Below are positions 50,238 through 63,345 of a stretch of DNA of 64,000 nt, piece after piece. The stretch spans positions 13,268,001 through 13,332,000 of the forward strand of contig NC_043014.1 of assembly GCF_006345805.1 (NCBI RefSeq), read 5' to 3'. The notes under the pieces are model-generated. The model saw nothing but the letters and a program-made list of their open reading frames with translations, ran no database searches and was not told where the DNA came from. The DNA comes from Octopus sinensis (lineage: Eukaryota). The translations under genes were made by a program, and so were the position numbers. Numbering within the stretch: position 1 is the stretch's first letter; each line of letters begins with the position of its first letter.

Positions 50238-51584
50238 TTATAAATGAGGGTGAAAAATTGATATTAATTTAATAATACCATTAATTTAACACCGAGTGGC
50301 TTAGCACAAAAAACTACGGAGAAAATACAAATTTATACATAAATTATTAGAGAGTTAACCACTATGTGGATAACTCTAGTGCTAAAAATAGCTCCGATAG
50401 TATAGCCACAGAAAAGATGTTTCCAACTAGAATTAACATACATTTAACGGAAGGAAAGTGAAATATAACGAATAAATAGATTGACCCTGAACAAATTGTT
50501 TCACTACTAATGTAATATGTAGTTTTACTTACATACACATCTATAAATCTTCAGCAGAGGTTTGTCTTAAATGCAATTAATTAGATCGACCCGAGCGTCA
50601 AAAACACGAGCGGTTTAACGAATTGCATTTTTAGTTATGCCTCAAATTCCGCATGTATTTGTGCGTATATAAGAATCAGTAAGTCAGAATATGCACTTGG
50701 ATATTTGTCAACAGAATGGATATATTTATTGAAGTGTATTATATATCCATTTCAGCTGATTTATCAATTGGTTTTACATTAGGAGTTCAACAGGGTATTA
50801 GACAACAGCCCAATTATATAACTCTGTGCTCTTCAGAGATAGTTATGAAAAATATATGGCAACTACTTTCCATCTGGTTTGTGGTTGCTGTGAAAAAGAC
50901 AACAAATAAAATCAAGCAAAGGTTTAGTTAAGAGTTTAGTCTCTTGATGCCAAAAAAAAAAACCTCTGGGGTCTGTTGCAAAGCAACAAGAATTTTCTAG
51001 AAAAGTGTATATGGGAAATGAGTGCTTTTAGTTTGGTATTCTTGTAGAGCTGGAATGTATGCAATGGTAATATATGTATACTGTTTGGAGGAGAGAGGTG
51101 GGAAAAGTTTGCAGAAGTACTTGTGTGTCCATTTGAGTGTTATTTGTCTATGTTTTGGTTTAAATCTTTGGAGCATTTATGTAGGTATGAAGGGGTGGAA
51201 AAAAGAGTCTATTGTCTGGGTGTCTGCTGTGTTAGGGAATGTATGTGTCTCTGTGTGCATTTGTGTATGTTCTGGTCAACCTCTTTACCAGATTCCCAAG
51301 TATTGGTAACGGGAGAGCCAAAGTTTGGGAACTAACTTTAGCTGCCAGAAGAAAGATGTACAAGTTTGAGTGGGTTCATTTGAACTTCAAAGGACAGGGA
51401 CCAGGCAAAGCATTGTGGTCTTGAGAAAAACACTTCATTTCATGTTGCTCCAGGCCACTTGGTTTTAAATGAGCAACACTGCAATGGACAGACATCTTAT
51501 TCAGGGACAATGTTGTCATCTTGTTCACTTATAAAAGGGGACACCCAAAAGAAACTGGAATTTTGCAATATTATTTTATTCATT

Positions 51585-52006
51585 TATTGTTATATTTTGG
51601 AATGGTTATTTTGCCAGTTTAGCCAATAAAAACACACGCACTATATATTTGGTGTTATTTTGTTTCAGTGTTATTTATTTTTTACATTAATCTTAATCTT
51701 ATTTCGGCCAGAGTTCTTTCGTCACACTCCTGTGACCGCATCAGTGGTCCTTTGTTTTCTTCTTTCTTATTTGTGTCTCTCCTTACTAACTGTCAGCCAT
51801 TTTGTATTTCTATTGTATGTCTTCATTTGCACATGCTTATATCTCTATGTGCGTTTATGTTTATTTAGTGTGTGTGTGTCTGGCCAAAATAAGATTAAGA
51901 TTAATGTAAAAAATAAATAACACTGAAGCAAAATAACACCAAATATATAGTGTGTGTGTTTTTATTGGGTAAACTGGCAAAATGACCATTCTGAAATATA
52001 ACAATA
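51585..52006. mobile_element. foldback element (arms about 51585-51710 and 51879-52006), Penelope-like terminus
   Basis: About 125-bp inverted repeat with a hammerhead motif at the inner end of the left arm. Confidence 0.75.
51706..51750 (-). ncRNA. type I hammerhead ribozyme-like motif (A9 replaced by CG)
   Basis: Minus strand GGACCA-CTGATG-CG-GTCAC(AGGAGT)GTGAC-GAAA-G(AA)C-TC-TGGCC; predicted cleavage between plus positions 51711 and 51710. Confidence 0.6.
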
Positions 52007-52009
52007 TCT

Positions 52010-53100
52010 GTTTCAACACACGACTTCACATAAAAAATTTTGCACAACAAATATATAAATTTATTCATTTAGTTTTACATGTTTACACTTTTATCACCTT
52101 TAAATTATTCTCCATTTGAAGCAATGCATTAGTCCAGATGCATTTTCAAATGTTGGAAGCAGTGCTGGAACTCTTGCAAAGTGATACCTTTTGATGCCTC
52201 CATGGTTTTTTCTTCACCTCTTTTACATCTGCAAATTCTGTAGCACCAGCTATTGTCACCAGTGATGCAGCAATGTACAAATGTCTGGGAAGTGAACAGT
52301 GTATGAGTCAGAGACATGCTTGCGTGTGTATGGAGGGGAGAAAATCAGGTGTAGAGTTGGCAAATCTCAGGAAGCATGGAAGTTTTGAAGGATGCAGTGC
52401 TCCGACAACTAACAACTGATTCCGGCAGTTTGTTCCATGCTTCAGTAACTCTTAGCATGAAAAAGGTCCAGATTGACTTCCAACTGTTCTTTCAGTTCAC
52501 GACATGCATTCAGAAGTGATTATTTTTTATCTTCCCTGAGCAAGCGAGGCACAAATTTTGTGGCAATTCTTTCATTCGCAATTTCTCACTCAAAATTAGT
52601 TGGTAGAAGTTCCAGGATGCACTAGTCATATCAACAAGTTCATCAATTGTTCGGTGAGGGTCCTCCAAGACCAATTAATGAATTTTCGTGATGTTTTCAT
52701 TCGTTTGAGAGGTCAACAGTTGTCCTGAATGAGGTTGGTCTTTAACCAACAAGTGACCATTCTTAAAGCATGAAAACCACTTGTAAACTCGTGTTTTGCT
52801 CATGGCAATGGCCTTGTAAGCTGAATGACAACTGTTTTGGCCACCATTTTCCCCCAGCAGAAAACAGAATTTCACAGAAGTACGCTGTTCCTTTGTTTCA
52901 GCTATTGCCAAAAATCGGCGAACAGGGAGAAAAACTGCAAAGCAAAAATGCCTCACGTGGCAGTACAACTTCACCTGACACTGCTGGTCAGCAGGATGAT
53001 ACTCAAGGGTTGCATCAAGTGGCTTCTACCAACAGAAACCTAAACTACAATGGCCTTGTCCCACAGAGAACATTTCCGGTTACTTTTGAGTACCCCCTCG
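52010..53100 (-). pseudogene. internally deleted mariner element, interrupted by a CR1 fragment
   Basis: TIR TA|CGAGGGGGTACTCAAAAGTAACCGG at about 53076-53102; HTH MSKTRVYKWFSCFKNG...DQPHSG (52675-52974). Confidence 0.8.
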
Positions 53101-53308
53101 TACACCATGGAAATTGTGTAACCGTTCCTGCAAGCCCTAAGACTCAAGACAGTAATGTCTAGGGATTGGTGATGATGATGATAAAGATGATGATTGGCTC
53201 TAGTGCCTTTATGTATTTGAATCAGCAAAAGGATATTGTTTTTTTTAATCAACAGAAGTAATTTGTTTTTTTTTCATTTGTTTTGTTTTTCTTTCTTTTC
53301 TTTTATAG

Positions 53309-53453
53309 CTGGTGACTGGCTCCAGGGCCCCCATCTCTATACTCTTTATAACTCTTACAATTTCTCAAAACACCAAATTGAACTCCTGTTTGTAGTGGGA
53401 TTTAGTTCTGCTTTGATATTTGGGACTGCAATTGGAACTTTTGCAGATAAGCT
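53309..53453 (+). CDS. MFSD5: MFSD5/MOT2-family transporter coding exon 2
   Basis: TTTTATAG| (A)GDWLQGPHLYTLYNSYNFSKHQIELLFVVGFSSALIFGTAIGTFADK(L) |GTGAGT; DWLQGP family signature; phases 1 to 2 fit the neighbouring exons. Confidence 0.95.
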
Positions 53454-53906
53454 GTGAGTACCCAACTTTTACCATCATCATTAATGTTCCCACCGTTGTT
53501 ATTGTTTTGTTGTTGTTTTTGTTGTTTATTTCTAAAGTCAGCCATGACTGAGAAAAATTATGGTCAAAAGCATTCCGGCCTTGATCATCCCTTGGTTGCA
53601 AATTAAGCTACTTAACCACTCAGCTTCACTTGTGCTTATGATGGTATCCTTAAAAATTCCATGTTTCCTACTATTCACCAAAACAAATCTTGACCCACCA
53701 ATTCACAGTTGCACAGCTACAGTGTTTGCCACCCATGGGTAACCCTTAAGTTTGCTGTCCCACCTTCCCTCCAGACTTCTGCCTATACAGGCTTAAAGAA
53801 CTTTTATTGGTTGCAACAACAAGGGTTCCTGTTGAATTGATCAATGGAACAGCCTGTTCACAAAATTAATATGCATGTGACTGAGCACTTCACAGACGCA
53901 CATATA

Positions 53907-54419
53907 CTGTAAATCCTTGAGTATAATCCGCATTTTTTTCCCAAAATTTAAAGGTCAAAATCCCTAGTGCATACTATATACGAGGTTAAAAATGAAAAAT
54001 ATTTTCTAAGCAATGTCCGAGTCTATTTGTTGTCCGGCAATATTTATTCAGACGCATTTTGTGATGCCGGACACGAAAATACCTTAAGCTAAGCCTGAAA
54101 GCAATGAAGTCTTAAAAGAATCATCCATAACTTTCAGTAAGCAACATTTATTAAACGTTATTACTGTTATTTCATTATTTTCTGCAAACAAAATGCACAA
54201 AAATGCTACACGTTTGCATTATGCTATAGATACAATAATAATAAAGGACGTTACCGTATATATTTTTACAAGCCAAGGACGTTATATAGACCTCCTTGAC
54301 TCAAGTTAGAGAAGGGGTGCGTATTATACACAATGTTTAGGTTTTTCAGAGGTACAGCCCCCTAAAAATTCCTTGCGTATTATTATACTCAAGGGCGGAC
54401 TATACTCAAGGATTTACGG
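53907..54419. mobile_element. Tc1/mariner-type MITE with TA TSD
   Basis: TA|CTGTAAATCCTTGAGTATA ... TATACTCAAGGATTTACGG|TA. Confidence 0.88.
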
Positions 54420-54996
54420 TACTTATTGTAGTTCTGAGAGACACAGGATGTGACAAGGCTGGCCCTTTGAATTACAGATGCGACTCATTTTTGCCAGTTC
54501 TGTAGACTGAAGCAAAAAGAAAATCACTGCATGACTAATTAAAAACAATGCGAATAAAAAAAAAAGCATTACATTGGACAAAATAACCAATCAAATTTAC
54601 CCCTTTTTTTGTTTTAAATGGTCACTTTGGCCAAACTGCTAGGTCACAGCAGCATCAACGAATCAACATCACTCGTCAAGCAATCAGCACAAAGACAAAC
54701 ACACACATGCATATACATACATACAGACACACACAGGCATGCATGCACATGCACACACACCCACACAGACAGGCACGCACGCACACACACCCACACACAC
54801 ACACACACACACATCTTATATCTTGTACTTGTTTCAATCTATGGACGGTGGCCATGGTAGGGCACCACTTTGACAAGTCCAGTCAAATTAACCTCAGTAC
54901 TTATTCCAAGCCTGGTACTTATTCTATCAGTCTCTTTTTGCCAAAAAACTAAGTTATGAGGACATCAGCAAATCAACATTAGTTGTCGAACAGTAG

Positions 54997-55050
<54 letters not shown>

Positions 55051-55369
55051 ACACATACATGTATATACAACAGGTTTCCACACAGTTTCCATATACAAAA
55101 TTTACTGACAAAGTATTGGTCTGCTGGAAGAGGCCATAGTAGAAGATATTTGCACAGTGGAGCACCTTAATACTGTATAACATTATTTGGCAAAGTGCAA
55201 AAATGGAAATTAATGCTGATCTCATCCTCATCGCCCAATAATGTCATAAAGTAAGACAAATATAACAAATATAAGACAAATATAACATGGCTGTGCCCCA
55301 GCATGGCCACAGCTCGTGAGCTGAAACTAGATAAAATTTTAAAAAAATTTTTTTAAATAACATTGTCTA

Positions 55370-55650
55370 TCTATCTATCCGCTCAGTCGAAGTCGACTCT
55401 CGGTTACTTGATGGATTAGTGTCCTCCAGTCAGTTCTATCCTGGGCCGCTTCTTTCAGATTGGCTATGTCCATTCCGGTATCACTCTTGATGGTGTCAAG
55501 CCAGCGGGTTCTTGGTCGGCCTCTTCCTCTCTTGCCACTGACCATTCTGAGCATGATGTCCTTCTCCAGGGATTTTCTCCGCCTAGTATGACCAAAATAT
55601 GCCAATCTATGCTTGGTGATCCTAGCCTCCAGCGACATTTTCAGCCTGAT
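55370..55650 (-). pseudogene. RTE LINE 3' end with (ATAG)n tail
   Basis: RLAYFGHTRRRKSLEKDIMLRMVSGKRGRGRPRTRWLD...QDRTDWR. Confidence 0.88.
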
Positions 55651-56409
55651 CTACTTATTGTACTCAGAATATAACTTTATAAAACGAACAAATTAAATAT
55701 TACCAATTCAAAGCTGATGTGTAAAGTGGTGAATTGTAACTTCAATTTTTCCATGATGCAGAATTAATCATCTGTACCACTGTGTGCGCAGGTGAGAAAA
55801 AGACTCAATCCACAACAATGAGTCAATGTATATCTATGTCACCTTGTAGTGACCGTGTGTTTTTTTCTGGACGAATCAACATATGCTTAAATAATCAATA
55901 ATCAATAATCATGTCCATGGATTGGATCAAGCAAGGTCGTTGCCAGTGTTGCTGGACTTGCTCCTGTGCAGGTGGCACATAAAAAGCACCATTTGAGCGT
56001 GGCCGTTGCCAGTACCGCCTGACTGGCCCTAGTGCCGGTGGCACATAAAAGCACCCACTACACTCTCAGAGTGGTTGGCGTTAGGAAGGGCATCCAGCTG
56101 TAGAAACTCTGCCAGATTAAGACTGGAGCCTGGTACAGCCATCTGGTTCGCCAGTCCTCAGTCAAATCGTCCAACCCATGCTAGCATGGAAAGCGGACGT
56201 TAAACAATGATGATGATGATGAATGTTTTGTGTCAAGACAACTGGGGTTATCTCAGAACCCAAAACACCATGGTTACAAAACAAACTTCTTAACCACACA
56301 GCCACTCCTGTACCCACATCATATGCAATAAATTCTTTATGACAAATTGGCCTAACAATAGTTAATTCAGTAATTAATACACTCTCTATGTTTTATTTTA
56401 TTTTTCCAG

Positions 56410-56470
56410 TGGCCGTAAATTTAATTGTATACTGTATGGAATTTTCTACACCATCTGTTGTATAACAAAA
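56410..56470 (+). CDS. MFSD5: MFSD5/MOT2-family transporter coding exon 3
   Basis: TTTTTCCAG| (L)GRKFNCILYGIFYTICCITK |GTAAGT; completes the MFS motif-A loop; phases 2 to 0. Confidence 0.93.
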
Positions 56471-57470
56471 GTAAGTTTATAGAAGGCTGAAAAGTTGTTT
56501 CTTTTTTAAATATTAATAATAATAATAATAATAATGAAATTATTGTATACAGTGCCCAGGTGCACCACAACTTGTCAAAAGTGCGTATAAAGCATATGCA
56601 GTAATGTACAAATGTCTGGGAAGTGAACAGTGTATGAGTCAGAGACATGCTTGTGTGTGTATGGAGGGGAGAAAATCAGGTGTAGTGTTGGCGAATCTCA
56701 GGAAGTTTCGAAGGATGCAGTGCTCCGATAACTAACAACTGATGCTGGCAGTTTGTTCCATTCTTCAGCAACTCTTAGCGTGAAAAAATGTTTCCGAAAG
56801 TCATGGGAGCTGTGCTGTTTTTTGATTTTGTAAACATGTCCACGGGTGTTAGACAGGTGGAGTTTGAAAAGGTGCTCAGAGTTATTGTTAGTAAGATGGT
56901 TTATAATTTTATTAATAATTTTAATAATTATTATTCATTAGTTGATAATTTTATTCATTGATCCTCTTGATTAATTTGCTTCTGCCATTATCATACTTCC
57001 ATTGGTATCTTCAGTTGCTGTCACAGATTTCATATTTTCCCAATTTTGTTCCAAGTGTTTTCAAAGTTGGTTATATCAATTTATGTTAATTATGAAATGA
57101 AATTCATTTATCGGCATAAATTAATAGATAATAAAGTTAATAGCTCTTAAAGTTTGCAAATTTTGAAAAATTTATCCAATCAAATGCCACCTTATACACA
57201 TGACCATGAATTTCACATTGATGTTTGTTTCCATAGTAACAAGTAAAGCTGTAGCCTGCCCCATTGTAACACGGATGTTGTACTTGTGTGACTGTGATGG
57301 TTACACCATCACAACCACCACCACCACCACCATAAATTTCAACAAGTGGTAATTTATGCCACCTGTGTTATTTCTCACTGTCATTTTGTGAACAGACAGC
57401 TATCACGCAGAAAATGCCAGCTTCTGATTCCTGTATGCTGATTGGACTAAAAATGATAAAACATTGAATC

Positions 57471-58194
57471 TGTAGAACGACCGTGCAAAGGAGAGGTGAT
57501 GATGAATCGCTCCTTTAATACATAGCACGGTCGATTACAATAAAGGCAAAAAGAATAAATGAGTACAAGTCCAGAAGGAAAAGAGACGACACATCTGGTA
57601 GGATGTTAAGAGAAGATTTAATTGATAGGTTAATATGTGTGTTTGTGTGTGCATCATAAGTACATAATAATAATAACAACAGACAGGCTGTTATATATAC
57701 ATAATGTGTATGTGTGTGCATAAAAATACAGAGCACTGAAAGAGTCTATAACAGGACGTTAGAAGAATGTTCAGACACAAGGAAGATAAATACCAGTTCA
57801 TAGTAAGGTACACAATAGTTGAAGTGCTGTAACAAGAAGTTGAGGCGAAGAAGCAGAGCCAATTCAGGCACATGTCATGTGTGCTCCGTGGTCAGTGGTT
57901 AGACCTTAGACGGTCCAGAACCAAAAGACAAAATATGGTGTTGAAACTAGCTTTTTATAGGGACCAGCCGGTGCAAACAGAGGTTTAGAAGAGACTGTCT
58001 CACATGACCTTATCAGAAGGCTGCGATTGGTTGGGTTGCATATTGGCATGCAATAGAGCAAGAGACAAACTGCACCAATACCAACCAAACAGAGTAGTGG
58101 ACACACAGGGTCCAAGCAGCTGAATGCTAGTTGTTATCTGCTATGTCTGTACTTATGTATATATAACAGAGAGAGAGAGAGAGAATCCGCTACA
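57471..58194 (-). mobile_element. solo LTR (TGTAG...CTACA) with 4-bp TSD AATC
   Basis: AATC at 57467-57470 and 58195-58198; reverse complement of the 41143 family. Confidence 0.88.
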
Positions 58195-61100
58195 AATCTT
58201 TGTAACATTTTACTAAATTTTTTCTGAGAATAAATGAATCCAAAATTTGGATACAGTGTGAAAAATTACATCAATATACGAAATATGAAAATTTTCCCTT
58301 ACCATAAAAACCCATGTAATTTACACATTTTTTTCACAAAAATAAAAATAAACTTTAGGGGTGCATAAATTACATGAGTAAATCGTTTCCAGAATCTTTT
58401 TAGAAATTTGATTTGTTGAAAAAAGATATACAAAATGTAAACATTCATACCAGAAGTTGACTCATTTAGTGTCAGAATAGGTTTTTGCAGAAACAATAAT
58501 GGCTTAACTATAATGAAGTTGACTTTTATTTGTGCTGGATGGTATAATGCTTACTTTTTCTGTATAAATTTACTAAAACCATTAAATGGTTAACTACTTT
58601 TTGAAGTCTGACATTCATGCTGGTAATCACAATCTGGGCCATATTTTACTTGGTTGAGTAAAGTGTCATCCAAGCTGATGTTTATTGGTAATTAAACTTA
58701 ATTTGCAACTCCTGTACATATTTATCAGCTTTGCCGGTGGCACACAAGAAAACCATCCGAACGTGGCCGTAGCCAGTACCGCATCGACTGGCCTCAGTGC
58801 TGTGGGCACGTAACAAACACCATCCGATCGTGGCCGTTTGCCAGCCTCATCTGGCACCTGTGTCGGTGGCACATAAAAAACACCATCCGAGCGTGGCCGT
58901 TCGCCAGCCTCATCTGGCACCTGTGTCGGTGGCACATAAAATCACCCACTACACTCTCGGAGTGGTTGGCGTTAGGAAGGGCATCCAGCTGTAGAAACAC
59001 TGCCAGATCTGACTGGCCTGGTGCAGCCTTCGGGCTCCCCAGACCCCAGTTGAACCGTCCAACCCATGCTAGCATGGAAAGCGGACGTTAAATGATGATG
59101 ATGATGATGATGATGTTTTTGTTGATAATTCTTATCAACATCTTTTCCTGTGATCATGATTTGAGAAGTATGCTAAAGATCGAACATAATCTCTTGTGGG
59201 CAAGAAATGTAAAATAAAGTTTATTATAAACAACACAAACACTTTGTAGTTCAATAGCTTTCAATGTGAGACCTGTTAAACAGAAATTATTTTTATTTAA
59301 TGAAAATGTAATAAAATCTAATCATAAGTAAGTGAAATTATGCTAAATACAACTAAATTGAAAACTTTTACCCCTGGCCATATCAAGAATTCTGAAAATT
59401 TTTAGGTGTGAAGTTTACATGAGTAGAAGATTTCTTTAACAAATTTTATCCTGAAAATCACCTATGTAAATTACATAGGTCTTTAATGGTAATTTTAAAA
59501 TTTCCAAATTTGTAATAGCACCTGAAAAGATCATTCTGTAGAAATGCACTGCCTTTTTAGCAATTTAATTTTGAAAATAATAAAGAAATAACTTTGTCTT
59601 TATGGAGATAATGTAGGCAACAAGCTGGCAGAATCATTAAGCATGCTGAACAAAATGCTGAGCAGTATTTCATTTATTTTTATATTTTGGGTACAATTTC
59701 CACTGAGATTGACTTTGCCTTTCATCCTTTTGGGATCAATAAAATAAGAAACAGTTGAACAGTGAGGTCAATACAATTGACTAGCACCCTCCTCCAAAAT
59801 TTCAGGTCTTGTGCTTATAGTAGAAAGGATCATTGTTATTATTATTATTATTTGATGAAGACTCACAGTTTATTTTGCTGGGTATGATGGAAAGTGTCAG
59901 CTGTCTACAACCAGCAGACTAAGTTGTTTACTGGTCATGCTTCAAGAACCCTGTGAAGAATTCCTGCAGTTCCAAGCAATGCTGATTTTTGTAGGTGTTC
60001 TGTCTTTACATTTGTGCCAAAGGTTTTGAACCATGTTGGTCATTGGGTGCTGAAACTTCCAAGTGCACCAATTACTGTTGGTATCATGTCTACTCCCTTC
60101 TTTAACCACAACCTTCGTATTTCCCACAATCATCATAGCTGCTCAGTTTTTCTCCTTTCTCTTTGATCCTATGTCAATTATTAGTGAGTGGTTGGCGTTA
60201 GGAAGGGCATACAGCTGTAGAAACACTGTCAGATCAGACTGGGCCTGGTGCAGCCTTCTGGCTTCCCAGACCCCAGTTGAACCGTCCAACCCATGCCAGC
60301 ATGGAAAGCAGACGTTAAATGGTGATGATGATGATGATGATGATGAGGGCAGTGTATACCATCAAAGTGACACTGGGGTAAAATATATGAAGCCCAGTAT
60401 ACCCATCATGACTACCCATCTGATAAGGGTACACCAAGCACTTGCATCACAACCATGTGTGCGCAACATGGTGATCTCATATCAAGATAAACAGCGCATG
60501 ACATTGCAGGTGGGACCTAGTTAGAATATTCTTCTGGTCGAGTAGCCCATTCCGCTCAAAAGATCCCTGAATAAGGATTGTTTAAGGATGTTGAACAAAC
60601 CACCCATGTTTCCAAAGGTGAATTATCCAAACCTCCAAGAATTCCTTTCAACATATGGCTATGATGCTCCCCCACTACTTCTGCTTGTGATCAGAGATGC
60701 ACATATCGTCAGTCACTAAGAGACATTCTCAACTGGTTATGGTCAAACAACTGAGAAGCAAATTTGTGGTATTGAGCAGAATATTTGCTGTAGTCCTTCT
60801 TTTATACCACTGCATCAAGACAGTTTTTCGTGGAAGTAGAGCTGGCAGTTGGGTGCACCGGGTGAATATGGTGGCACTCTGTCGACAATAGTCCACTTGA
60901 TGCTGGGTATTTCATCTCGGAGATCATGGAGTCTCCAGAGAAAATGAGACAGGGAAGTAGCGAAAAACTATATGAGCACGTCTGCACACCCACATATAGA
61001 CCTATATACCTGCACATGCCACCCCTTCCTACTTTCGCCCCAACAACCTGACTGACTTCTACTCTATTTCCTGTCCTCCACATGGCCAATTTCCTGTTCA

Positions 61101-61231
61101 CCATGCAGTATTTTCCAACTAACTATTACCCATATACCAACATCAAACCATGACACCACATGACTTTCCTCAACCAATCACAATCCACTTTAGGGTAATA
61201 ACAAATCAACTTCTGTTATTCAAATTCAAAA

Positions 61232-61272
61232 TGGCTGATGATTAGCATTGTGCTTGAAACTCATGAGTACCA
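61232..61272 (+). ncRNA. minimal type I hammerhead ribozyme-like motif, canonical core
   Basis: TGG-CTGATGA-TT-AGCA(TTG)TGCT-T-GAAAC-TCATGA-GTA-CCA; 10-nt palindrome ACTCATGAGT in stem III; cleavage predicted after 61269. Confidence 0.65.
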
Positions 61273-61381
61273 ACAAAATTTGAATTAAACTGTTTTGATC
61301 CATACATGTAACTCCCAAGAAATTGGTTGAGTGCCTTCTTTTGTTTGTCCACTCAGTTGTGTGTGCACACACACACGTGAG

Positions 61382-61412
<31 letters not shown>

Positions 61413-61682
61413 AATAATAATAATGATAATAATAATAATAATTATTATTATTATTATTGTGTGTATGTATATATATATATATATCCCAAGCATCAAACTA
61501 ATACACTTGTTTGTTGTTCATACACCTGTCTTCGTCTTTTGTCTTTCTATAAATTTCAACCATATATATATATAAACGTTAAAGACTTGTTTTATTTATA
61601 TTTCCTGAGCGCCATACTAATACAATTGTTCGTTTGTTTTCCACCTGCCTTCGTCTTTTGTTTATTTTCATAAAGCTTCCCG

Positions 61683-61720
<38 letters not shown>

Positions 61721-61858
61721 CATGTATATATGTTAAAAAAACAGACATAATATCATGCATTATATATGATGAAATATAACAAAATTTTTTATATATTTAT
61801 GTATTCGTTCATTTATTTCTAGTTGTTGTTATTGCTTAACTCTTTATCATATTTCCAG

Positions 61859-61966
61859 CATTACAATAATTTTTTTGTCTTGGCTGTTGGCTGTATTCTT
61901 GGAGGTGTTTCTACATGCATTCTCTTCAGTGCCTTTGAATCTTGGCTCATCCATGATTTCAACAGA
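61859..61966 (+). CDS. MFSD5: MFSD5/MOT2-family transporter coding exon 4 (gene continues beyond the window)
   Basis: ATTTCCAG| HYNNFFVLAVGCILGGVSTCILFSAFESWLIHDFNR |GTAAGT; LFSAFESW family motif; phases 0 to 0. Confidence 0.95.
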
Positions 61967-62776
61967 GTAAGTATTCTACCACACTTTTACTCTCTCTCCT
62001 CCAAGTCTTTCTGCTTTCACATTTTTCACAACCCTCAAAGGAGGAAGCATTCCTCACAAACGCACATTCATGAGATGGTTGTGATCTGTAAACAGTTTTG
62101 GGTAGGAACTGGAAAGGGAAGTATGAAGAAGCAATGTGCATATGCACACTGAATTCATAGGAATAAAAACACAATGTCAAACAAGTTACATGATGGTCTT
62201 CATGCCATGGCTGACACCACTATCATGCAGCTTTACTACAGTTTTCTTGTCTATATTCAGACCAGTTTCTCTATGGGAATGATGAAGGCAGTGACAGTGG
62301 TGGTGGTAGTGGAGATGGAAAAATTGGTAGAACTCTAAGCAAAATATTGAGTTCAAATTTTAGCACAAGGTCAGCAACATCAGGGGAGGGGGTAAGTCGA
62401 TTACATCTACCTCAGTACTCAACTGGTACTTATTTTACTGACCCCCAAAAGGATGAAAGGCAAAGTCGATCTCAGCAGAATTTGAACTCAGAACAGGAAG
62501 ATGAACAAAATGCCACTTAGCATTTTGCCTGGCATCCCAACAATTCTGCCAGTTGGCCACCTTAACCCTGCCCCAAATATTACCATATTTTCTTTTACAC
62601 AAGCTTATGTAGTATATAGCATAGGTCTTCCACAGCCATGCCCGTGCCTACAAAATGTATGTACATATGCACAGCGCTAAGCATGTAGCAAGCTTTCTAT
62701 GACCGGATGCCCTTCCTGACGCCAACCCTCACCTGTTGCCAAACGAGGTAGTTTTTTCCTTCTATCATACTTTAAC

Positions 62777-63030
62777 CCAGTGACTCTCAACCATTTTTTG
62801 CCTATGGACCCCTTTGATTTCTATTTTATTCTACATGACTCTTATACCTATTCAATGTTTAAAAAAAATCATATTATATTTTCATAATTAAATACTATTA
62901 GGAATTGCATTAAAAAAATTGTCAAATATTTTGTATATTGTAGAAATAAAACCAATTTATTGCAGATAAGTTTTAACAGTAAAATCTCACACAACCTCCC
63001 AAGGGTCATGTGGACTGGGACAATCCCAGT
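62777..63030. mobile_element. hAT-type MITE remnant
   Basis: CAGTGACTCTCAACC terminus, resembling CAGTGGTTCTCAAC hAT MITE ends; related ends at about 32650 and 34450. Confidence 0.5.
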
Positions 63031-63345
63031 TGTCTTGATATAAAACATTGTTTATTGTTATCCAATCTCTGGACATGATTCAATCATGTGACGTTTTTTC
63101 ATGTCCCCACTCTTTGATTATTTAAGCTTATGTCAGTTCATCTGGGAGAAAACACATTATAGACTCTACCATGTGACGTAGATATGCAATGACTCATTGT
63201 TGTGGATGGACTATTCTTTTCACTTTAGCAATTCCTTTCTGCATTGTGGGAAAATTGAAATGACAATCCACCACTTAGCTCTTCAATTTCGAATTGTTGC
63301 AATATTCAGTTCATTCATTTTATAAAGTTATATTCTGAGTATAAT

